Shown here: piece after piece, positions 53,524 to 64,000 of the stretch
Layout: each line of letters begins with the position of its first letter
Position numbering within the stretch: the stretch's first letter is position 1
Assembly: GCA_951406725.2 (NCBI GenBank)
Contig: OX597815.1
Coordinates: 174,034,001-174,098,000 of the forward strand
Direction of reading: 5' to 3'
Source of the DNA: Octopus vulgaris
Lineage: Eukaryota
Length of the DNA: 64,000 nt
Notes under the pieces: generated by a model
The model's input: the letters and a program-made list of their open reading frames with translations, nothing else
The model's database searches: none
Told to the model about the DNA's origin: nothing
Position numbers and translations under genes: made by a program

Positions 53524-54708
53524 ATCATCAACATCATCATCATCATTTAACGTCCGCTTTCCATGCTAGCATGGGTTGGACGGTTCAACTGGGGTCTGGG
53601 GAGCCCGAAAGCTGCACCAGGCCAGTCAGATCTGGCAGTGTTTCTACAGCTGGATGCCCTTCCTAACGCCAACCACTCCGAGAGTGTAGTGGGTGATTTT
53701 ATGTGCCACCGACACAGGTGCCAGACGAGGCTGGCAAACGGCCACGCTCGGATGGTGTTTTTTATGTGCCACCGACACAGGTGCCAGACGAGGCTGGCAG
53801 ACGGCCACGCTCGGATGGTGTTTTTATGTGCCACCGACACAGGTGCCAGATGAGGCTGGCAAACGGCCACGATCGGATGGTGCTTGTTACGTGCCCACAG
53901 CACGGAGGCCAGTCGATGCGGTACTGGCTACGGCCACGTTCGGATGGTTTTCTTGTGTGCCACGTGCCACCGGCACTGGTACCACAAAGATACAAATTCC
54001 ATTGATGTTCATCTATTTTGATTTGTTTTGATTTTCACTTGCCTCAACAGGTCTTCACAAGTGTCACAAGAAGGAAGGTATGCACAGGTGGACTGACTAC
54101 GTCCCAGGTAGGGGCCATGGGTTATGGCCTGACTAGTCTTGCCGGGTCTTCGGATGGTGTTTTTATGTGCCACCGACACAGGTGCTAGATGAGGCTGGCG
54201 AACGGCCACGATCGGATGGTGTTTGTCATGTGCCCACAGCACGGAGGCCAGTCGATGCGGTACTGGCTACGGCCACTTTCGGATGGTTTTCTCTTGTGTG
54301 CCACCGGCACTGGTACCACAAAGATACAAATTCCATTGATGTTCATCTATTTTGATTTGTTTTGATTTGATTTTGATTTTGATTTTCACTTGCCTCAACA
54401 GGCCTTCACAAGTATCACAAGGAGGAAGGTATGCACAGGTGGACTGACTACGTCCCAGGTAGGGGCCATGGCTTATGGCCTGACTAGTCTTGCCGGGTCT
54501 TCGGATGGTGTTTTTATGTGCCACCGACACAGGTGCTAGATGAGGCTGGCGAACGGCCACGACCGGATGGTGTTTGTTATGTGCCCACAGCACGATGGCC
54601 AGTGATGCGGTACTGACTACGGCCACGTTCGGATGGATTCTTGTGTGCCACCGGCACTGGTACCACAAAGATACAAATTCCATTGATGTTCATCTATTTT
54701 GATTTGTT
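53524..54708 (-). mobile_element. Young RTE-tailed element with internal 63-bp and ~340-bp tandem expansions
   Basis: ttatgtgccaccgacacaggtgc recurs at ~63-bp spacing. ccacaaagatacaaattcc occurs at ~53982, 54316 and 54663. Confidence 0.8.
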
Positions 54709-55302
54709 TATATATATATATATATACCCACATATATATACACACTAACACACAACATATACACACACACGTGTGTGTGTGGCACATATGAGTGAGCGTG
54801 TGTGTGTGTGTGTGTGAGTGTGTGTGTGTGTGTGTGAGTGAGTGTGTGTGTGTATGTGTGTGCATTTAATCTGATATATATAAGATCAAATGTTATCTTC
54901 AAAGTCAAGAAAATACATAGTTTCTTAATACAAAGCCACTCTAATATATCTAGTTAGTTTTCTCTCTACCAAAATCAAACTATTTACAGACCTGGACCTC
55001 TTTCCCATAAACATAAGTTCAATAGCAGAATTGTCCCCCTGCCCTCATACATTTATTTTCCCTTTCTAACTTATATGACCTACAACTCCAATTTTCAGCA
55101 CTATGGTCCTGAAACTACTTCCATCTCAGTCAGACATCTTCTCCTCTGAAAAGGTGATTCCTCACTCAGAAGTTTCTTTGGCTAATTGTATCTCTTAGTG
55201 CAGAACTTCTAAAAGTTCCTGAACAAGATACATCACTGTCCTTAATATTTCTAATACCAGTAGAAATTTCTAAGTCTAACTTCCAAGTCTCCAGCTTCTG
55301 TG

Positions 55303-55752
55303 ATAATAATATAATAATGAAATTATTGTATACAGTGCTCAGGTGCACCACAACTTGTCAAAAGTGCATGTAAAACATATACAGTAATGTACAAATGTCT
55401 GGAAAGTAAACAGTGTATGAGTCAGATACATGCTTGCGTGTGTATGGAGGGGAGAAAATCAGGTGTAGAGTTGGCAAATCTCAGGAAGCATGGGGTTTTT
55501 GAAGGATGTAGTGCTCCGACAATTAACAACTGATGCCGGCAGTTTGTTCCATACTTCAGCAACTCTTAGCATGAAAAAATATTTCCAAAAGTCATGGAGG
55601 CTGTGCTGTTTTCTGACTTTGTAAACATGTCCATGGGTGTTAGACAGGTGGAGTTTTGAAAAGGTACTCAGAGTTATTGTTTGTAAGATGGTTAATAATT
55701 TTATGGGTGTCTGCCAAGTCAGCTGCCGGACATCAGAGTTTCAGTGTATCCA
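55303..55752 (-). mobile_element. CR1-group LINE 3' end
   Basis: Reverse-complement homolog of 36150-36600. Confidence 0.8.
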
Positions 55753-57618
55753 TGTGATTATTCAGCCTGTCAGAGATAGCAACCTGATTTTCCTCAAATC
55801 ACACCTATCATCTTATAAAAAGAGAAATGCACATTGGGTAATATATTCTCTGCTATACAAATTGATGGTATGATCATAGTCAGTACATATTTCATCATAG
55901 GTCTACTTGAACAGGACTGATCAAGAACTAAACAATAACAATAACTACATTTTCCTAAACCCCTCTACAGTTTGTCAGACAGACTTCACAAGCTGTTATG
56001 TATTGGTGTGACTGGGAGTAATTTCAGTGAATCTTTTCATAAAATGTATTTTCAATTTCCAGAACAATGACTTCGATTTTGCTGAATGTTTAGCTTGATA
56101 CTTCAACCTACCAGTCGATAACCTACAGGTCATAGTTATTCATCATATACAGCAATCTTCCATATTTTGGAAAGTTTGCATTCCTGAAAGCTTTTCCGCA
56201 ATCTGAAATTCTGCAATGTGAAACCTATTTTCCCATTGAGTTTTCATGATGCATTCTTATAGATTTTTTCCAAAAATAACTGAACAAATAAATACTTTTA
56301 TAATCATAACGCAGAGTTTAAATAATGCAAGGAATCTTTTTATATATGAAACAGAAATTTTCTTTTACTAATACTTCAATAAGATTGAATTGAGACTTCC
56401 CTTTGACAAGTTACACTTCTCTTCTGTATTACCCCTTTCTATCCATTTTTCACTCTTTTTTTAAAGATTACCTTCTACTTTCTCCACTTGCACACATTGT
56501 TACATCACTCAATCTTTTCTTCATTTCTTTCTTTCTACTTGTAACAATTCTGACAGCTTGAGCCTTATGAAAACTCAAATTACTAGCCTTTTCATTAATT
56601 TTTTCTGTTTATTATTATTATTATTATTGTTATTATTATTATTTTCTTTTTTTGGTTTTGCCATATTCTTTATCTCTTAGCATCCTGTTAAAATTTTCTA
56701 AGAAGTCCATTCCAGCAATGATTCTATTACCAAACAGAAATAAATGTTAGAAGGGATTACAGCTTTTTCATTTACATTAGAGAGCCCCTCACATCCTTCA
56801 AAATTAATGCTAACAAACTTAGTATGATTCTTGTAATATCAGGATTGGCTGACTGATGCAATTTTGTGGGGTATTGTGTCTTACAGGAAGTCAACATTTA
56901 TACCTCACACTCTTTCATTTCACTCTTTTCCTCTGTGCCCTTCTATTTTCACCCATTTGTATTCTGACCTTTTGCTAGTTGCCTTCTTATATATCAATCA
57001 TCTCCAGTGAAAATCTCACCCAAAATACATACTTCCTCATGATCAACAGTCATGGTGGGGGGCATTTTACATAAATATATGTATGAGACTGTTTGTTCTT
57101 TACAATTTCAATTGGATGAAGTGTGTAAAAAATGTTCATGTCAATGGAATAACTAATATCATACAGTCAAATCTGTGCAAGTAACTAAATGGCCATAGAT
57201 TATCTAGTTAGATATTGCAAAATAATATGACTTATCTTTCATGTCTACTGAGAGAAAAGCACTGAATAGCTGAGTTACTAATCTGTTGTCAAGCAAATGA
57301 TTCAAGAGAGAGTGTATAATTTTTGCTTTGTTAAAATAGCTAAAAATGATTTCTCAAAAGACGATGAGTTTCTGATTTGTAAAATTTCTGATTGGCTACA
57401 ATAGCACATACAAGAATGGTTAGTCTAGAAAAAGTCATGTATTTTTGTGGAGCTAACCAAAAATGATTCACAGACTACAAGTCTGTGAGGATAAAATTTC
57501 TGATTGACCAAAATGACAATGCTGAAACTAAACTTCTTGTCTGTGTATATTTGCTACACATATTAAAATCTTAGGATGTGTTCTAGCAAGTTTTTGACAA
57601 AACCTTTTTTTTCTACAC

Positions 57619-57682
<64 letters not shown>

Positions 57683-59799
57683 GTGCAAAAAATATCAGCA
57701 GTAGACATTCAAAGAAACAACCCAAACAACAAATACTCTTTGATTATCCTTTTGCTTTTCTTCAATTGCAGATATTGTTCCATCAATAAATAACCTAATG
57801 GTAGCCCACATTTATATCAGCATTAGTAAAGTTGTTCAACAAAGCAAGCTATCCTTTTAGTTTTATTACTGCTTCTTCCAGTTTATATATGTAGGCATAG
57901 AGAGAAAAATCTCTCTTCTGATCTGTGTCATTTGTAAAGAAAATGTAAAGAAAAGAAGGAATTTTCCTATTTGTATTGACTTGTGAATTTTGTCAGAAAG
58001 CATTTATTTTCAAGTAGATTCAGAAATCATGTCATTTCTAATACTTACCTCTTCAGCCATATCAGCAAACTAAGATTTTATTACATTTGTTACTTTATAT
58101 TCAGAGTCTTGTACAGTTATTTTTCTGTATATAGAGAATAATAGAGGTGACAAAATGAAAGAGTATTAGACTGATCCAACTAAACCCTACCAGGATAGGT
58201 TTATTTATTATCATTCTGGAGGTATTAAGGAAATATGTTCCAATAATACACTGGTATCAGTTCAATCAACTATAATAATATGACATTGATGTAACAAAAT
58301 TGATAGCATGTCAGATAAATGCCCAATGTACCAGCTTTTCACATTCTGAACTGAAATCCCACCAAAGCCAAATTTGCTTTTCATCCTTCCAGTGTGAATG
58401 AAATAAAGTACCAGTGAAGTAATGAGATTGGGTTTAGTTTATTGATACTGATATCTTCTGGGCCTCTTCAAATAAGAAACTATGGCTAAAAACCTCAAAT
58501 GAATCTTTTTTAGTGTTTCTTACACTTTAAGGCAGGATGAGATTTTAAAACCCAGCAGTCATTGTATTTTGAGAAGTGACTCCAGATATTATTATCTTCC
58601 AAAAATATAATGATGGAACAGTGCCACCGAAATACAATAATTAATTAGCTATGTGTCACATTTATCACCATTTCCAACATAAATGCAAGTTGTAGTCAAT
58701 AGGAGAAAATATTTAACCTTTGTGTTTATCCACAAGAAATCTATTTTTCATGTACAAAATTATTTTCAGCTATAGAAATTTGACTGCACAGTGATATGTA
58801 CACCTGTGTATGTGATAGAAGGTGCACATGTATTATATAAAGTTACGAATAACTTTATTTCTTGACAATAAATACATTTATGTGAAATTAAGAAAATGGA
58901 TGACTGGCTACAGGTCAAAAGTGCAAGACAAATACAGACAAAACATGTTACACAGCTTTAGTAAATCTGACTAAATGAAAATAGAGCCTACTCTTTCTTC
59001 ATGGTTGATCAGTTTGCATTAGAAACAGTAACTAACAGTAAAATTTTTGCTCCAATTCATATTCAGAATTTTCTTGCCAACAAGAACATTGGTATTAAAA
59101 TTTATGGTTCTTTAGAAAGTGTTTGTTGATTATGGAGAGGAACTGTCTTGCCATAAGTTCAGTAATCATCCATTACTACAAATAATCGAATACTTAAAAC
59201 CAAGAAGTGGAACGTTGAACTCATCATTCAGTATTAATGTTAAAACTTGTGTGATAATACTTCCTCTCCCCAGCAAGCCATAAATTTCACTGTCTATTCA
59301 ACAGAAACAATGTTACAATAAGTTACAAACCTTACTTAACATGATGTAGATTGTAAAACTTACAAGGTGCAGACAAGAACTGCCAGTGTTGAAAACCAGA
59401 AATATACATTGTAGATTATATGCAGGAAACCTGGATTATATGCCAGAGATGATTTGAAACTTGTTGGGGTGCATTTGTCCTAAGAAAAATAGTGAATCTT
59501 TAATTTTACAAATTCATTGGAATGCACCTGCATAAAATTACTGTTTTGATCTGTTTTAGTCTAAATGTATTTTCAAGGTTTTAGAGATTTCCTCAGTGGG
59601 TAGTTTCAAATCAAGAGGCAAGTGAAATTTTACTCACTGACACAAGGTTACTCATTTCTATCTTAAAACTACTGTGACTGATTAAAACCTAAGCTACACT
59701 TAAACATTTGATTAATTATCAGTAATAAATGATCAAATGTTTAAGTATAGCTTATATTTATTAAATTGTTTTACTTCATTTATCCATTTTTTTTCTCAG

Positions 59800-59968
59800 G
59801 CAAGAAGACAATACCCATAACCCTTTAAAGAGCCTATTAGACTGGCAGGAGAGAGGAAGCAAGGCATCTTCAATCCAGAAACCTAACCTGAATGCTTGCT
59901 TGTGTCATTGCTTTGTAGTTGAATCTAAGCTTTTATTTATAAATTTGAAACATTTTAAAATTAGGTAG
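59800..59968 (+). CDS. Candidate exon (QEDNTHNPLKSLLDWQERG...)
   Basis: Strong acceptor ttttttttctcag. Only the phase-2 frame stays open (55 codons), compatible with the 45009 micro-exon. Confidence 0.25.
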
Positions 59969-60054
59969 ATTTATTCTTTTATATGTTGCTATATATCCAC
60001 TTAAAGGAATGTTTTGAATTTTCTCAAGTAAGATTTGAACTCATGACACACACA

Positions 60055-60094
<40 letters not shown>

Positions 60095-60364
60095 TTACTT
60101 TTGTAGAGTTTTTTCTCCCCTCTTCAATATAATTACAAATTTTCAAATACTACATGATACTGTTAACTCTCTTTTCATGTTTTCAAATGCATTTATAGTT
60201 GACTTACATTTTTATAGAAAGTGACATTGGCCTCGAGTTCTCATGTTTCCATCAAGAGTAAGATGAATCAGAATAGCTGCAATAAACACTGTAGACACAG
60301 TGGAACATTCTTTCAGATAATAATGAGAAAATACACATAAGTCACTGAGATGAGAATGATAAAT

Positions 60365-60808
60365 CTTTTCAGCCAATATAAACACCAAAGAAAAGATTTT
60401 AGTGTTGGCATCAATTTTGGAATATTATCTTTAGAACCATTTTAGTAACAACAATAAAGATTAAATTCACCACAGGTGGATTGAGGGTAGAATGATGAAA
60501 TTTTGGTAAAGTTCCAAAATGTCTATAAACTTATACTGCTTTTGTTGCTTGCTACATTTTTTTTATTCCATGGGTTACCAATATAGCCAATTTGCCGAGA
60601 CACTAATTTCTAAAAGCATAGATAAATAAATGCATAAAGAGCATGGCTCAGTCCCAACCTGTACTTGAGGTGTAACATTCTTAATTCATCTAGTAGCTAG
60701 CCCTACTGTGAATTTATCCTTTACTGATGCTGTTAAACTGGTTCTGAAGATAAAATTCCTTACTTTGATGCTAGCATTTAAATTTTGAATTAGTGGTTTT
60801 AGAAAGAT
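60365..60808. mobile_element. Old MITE-like long inverted repeat
   Basis: ttatctttagaacca...aaattcac vs gtgaattt...tggttctgaagataa, with ~120-bp diverged arms. Confidence 0.5.
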
Positions 60809-61776
60809 GCTTCTAAAGTGTTTCTGCTACTCAACAAGCTTCTTCCCAGAGGATATTCAGTCAGTCACATGATGGTGGTCTATAAATAGCAATATCACAT
60901 TGCATATATACATATATATGTGTGTGTGTGTAATGTGATATTTCTATTTATAGACTATCACATGTATAAAACAACTTTATCAAGCAGATAAAAGATGATG
61001 TTAGCCAAATATGAATTTAGTAAAAAGCAAAGGTTTGTGGAAGTAAGATTTGAACTCATGACCATGCGATGAACAGTTTGGTATACTAATTCGCACCCAT
61101 AGCAACTCTGCATATATTTTCAAACATTAACCAAATATATCATCATTCTCATCATCATCACTTTCACCACCACCACCACCACCACCACCACACTACCACT
61201 GTCATCCTTGTGTCATAACTATCATGTTGGATATATCTGTTACTCTACTTCTTTCAATCTTGTATCATTTTATCTGTAAGTCTTAACATCCTGAGATTCA
61301 ACTTTACCAAATCGTACTATATCTTCCTCTCCCATGGCAATCTATGCTATTGGAAATGTTTCATTCAACAAGCGTTGTCTATTTGTATCACTTAACCATA
61401 CAAATGTAGTAGCCTAACCTACATGATTAATGGGATGACGTTTTAATATTAATCTTTTTTTCTCAGCTCACTTGTGCAAGTTGACCTTGAACACCCAATA
61501 GATTATACTTAGCCAATTTCTCTGCAGTTTTTTGCAAATTGTCTTGTTACTTTCTGCTCGGATGCATCACCATATTTATTTGACATGCTTCACGCAATCT
61601 AGCTTTGCATGAAGAAAGAAGACCTTTAATACCAAAGGAGGTAACACCTCTTCTTACTCCAGTTATGATACTTTCATTACAGTTACATTCAGTACTAATA
61701 ACAAACATTCTGAACAGTGAATGGTCTTTATTTTAAGTGAGTTTTCTGTTGTTCATCTGGTAAATGAAAATGTTCT

Positions 61777-62005
61777 GGTGAGCTGGCAGAAATGTTAGCA
61801 CGCTGGGCGAAATGCTTAGCAGTATTTCATCTGCTGTTACGTTCTGAGTTCAAATTCCACCAAGGTCGACTTTGCCTTTCATTCTTTCGGGGTTGATAAA
61901 TTAAGTACCAGTTATGCACTGAGGTTGAGGTAATCGACTTAATCCCTTTGTCTGTCCTTGTTTGTCCCCTCTATGTTTAGCCCCTTGTGGGCAATAAAGA
62001 AATAA
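61777..62005 (+). mobile_element. tRNA SINE with Meta-domain-like core
   Basis: Sister of 23759-23989. TSD gaaaatgttctgg (61766-78 / 62006-18). Confidence 0.8.
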
Positions 62006-62188
62006 GAAAATGTTCTGGCTCCCAGTTGTTTTTTATTGATCTTACTGTATATTTTGTGTATTCATTGCTTGTTGAGAACCAGTATTAAGTTCTTAACTAT
62101 GTCTTTTCGACATAACAAGCAAGGTCAGTTCTTTCATTGTGACACTGGGATTTTCTAATCTCTGCCATTAATTAATGCTTTGGGCTTT

Positions 62189-62219
<31 letters not shown>

Positions 62220-63044
62220 TTTTTTTTGCTATCAGGACTTTTAGGTTTTTTGGTACCACTCTTCTTCCAAGTTCAGAACATTTTTCAGTAGTTCTTCAGC
62301 TGATTCAGCAACAGGAATCTGGTCATCATACTCATCAGTGCGCAATTGTTTTTGAGGGCATCTGATCCTAGATTCTTGTGTTATTGTCTCAAGGATAGTA
62401 GAAATATGAAGACAGAGGTCTGGGGTACGGTCTACCTAATTGCAATATTTTATTCACTCGTTCACTCAATTTTACATATAAAATTAATTCACTTTACAGC
62501 TTATATAGTTTCTAATTTAGGTACAAGGTCAGCAATTTTAAGAGGTTAGTTGATTACATCAGCTGCAGTACTAGACAAGTACTTTATTTTATTGACCCCA
62601 GAGAAATGAAAGGCAAAGTTGACAGAATTTGATCTCAGAAAAGTCAGAACAAATACTGCAAAGCATTTATCCAATGCTCTAATGGTTCTGCCAGTCCACT
62701 GTCCTAATGGTTTCATTATAATAAATAATTTATTATGATAATTAGCCCTGAAGAAGTAGAAAGATTAAGCAAGGAAACCAGAAATGAAAGTGAAGGCAAA
62801 ACCAACTGAAAAAGGAGTCTCAGTTTCCTGAGCAGCATCAGCCAAAACTGCAGGAATCATTGGAAAAAGTTACTTTATGCCCAGCCCTGAAAACAAGCAA
62901 GCAAATATCTTATCCCTTCACAGTAGCATTACTCCACTGTCATGATGTGATAAAACAAAATAATAGTTACTGAGGAAAGTATACAAATAGTCAAATGAGA
63001 CACAAAAAGAAACAATGAAAAATCTCTAAAAAAAGGAAAGTCAA

Positions 63045-63640
63045 CAGCTCCGTGATTAAAAAGCTTGCTTTGCAACCATATAGTTTCAGGTTCAGTCCCA
63101 TTGCACAGCACTTTGGACAAAAATCTTCTGTTATAATCCCAGGCCAACCAACATCATATGGAAGCGGGTGGCTTAGTGGTTTGGATGTTGGACTCATGAT
63201 CATAAGATTGTGGTTTCGATTCCTGGACCAGGTGACACGTTGTGTTCTTGAGCAAAATACTTCATTTCACATTGTTCCAGTCCACTCAGTTGGCAAAACT
63301 AAATGATCCTGCTACACACCAGCACCCCAACCAGGTGAGGAATTTATTTGCCATGGAATTGGGAAACCAGCCCTTATGAGTCAGTGTGACTCGAGAAGGT
63401 GACTTTACTTTTAACCAATGTCTTGTGGGTGAGTTTGGTATATGTGTGTGTTTGTTTTTGTATTTGTGTTAGTCCCCACCATCCACTTGACAACTTGTGA
63501 TGGTTTGTTTATTTCCTCTTAACTCAGACGTTTAGTAAAAGAAACCAACAGAATATGCACCAAACTTTAAAAAATAAGTACTGGGGTTGATTTGTTCAAC
63601 TAAATCCCTTCAAGGCAATGCCCCAGCATGGCCACAAGTA
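63045..63640 (+). mobile_element. CORE-type SINE with a nested second SINE (~63162-63410)
   Basis: Homology to the 39551 and 22272 families. Confidence 0.6.
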
Positions 63641-64000
63641 TGAAATAAAAAAAAGTATGAAATAAAACAATACAGGTGAGGAGGTACTACAATTTCCATA
63701 AAACAACAATGAAGTTCCCACCAAACAAAACAAAAAAACATGAAGATGATGAGGAAGATGAAATTCAAACTGACTTATAGATAAAAATCACACATCTATG
63801 ATGCTATAGATATTCCAAAGTAATAAAATATAAAACAAGCATAATTTTCGTTTGGAATACAACCAAATTGCAAAAGATAGATTGCTAGTGAAAACCAAAT
63901 TAAGACTCTATAACGATCTAAGACAATCTTATTCTGAAGATACAACCTCAGGCATCTCTGTTGCTTTTGGGTGTAGAAAGCAAAAGTATGAACAACGATA

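Noticed and set aside
53698-53890. 63-bp periodic repeats resembling a CRISPR array
   Set aside because: The intervening sequences are near-identical rather than unique spacers, the context is eukaryotic, and there are no cas genes.

Overview
AT-rich eukaryotic genomic DNA saturated with (TA)n/(CA)n/(CAT)n/(TAA)n microsatellites and transposon debris. The repeat content (tRNA-derived CORE-type SINEs, (CAT)n-tailed RTE 3' ends, CR1/L2, R4/Dong, mariner/maT, piggyBac MITEs, Helitron) suggests a cephalopod (Octopus-like) genome; this is inferred from recalled repeat families, not from a search. There is no intact long ORF, and nearly all ORF-track entries are microsatellite artefacts or transposon pseudogene fragments. 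A few isolated micro-exon candidates suggest the window is mostly intronic. The main signal is a dense set of short non-coding inserts in (TA)n tracts that carry type I hammerhead ribozyme (HHR) motifs with palindromic stem III. There are about 8 loci from several sequence-unrelated families. Several have oversized stem II domains (54-88 nt), one has a U4C core variant, and several sit in perfect or near-perfect fold-back palindromes. One HHR lies directly downstream of a Penelope GIY-YIG endonuclease remnant, which links the set to Penelope-like elements (PLE) and retrozyme-like derivatives. All folds and alignments were read by eye, and most transposon boundaries are approximate.
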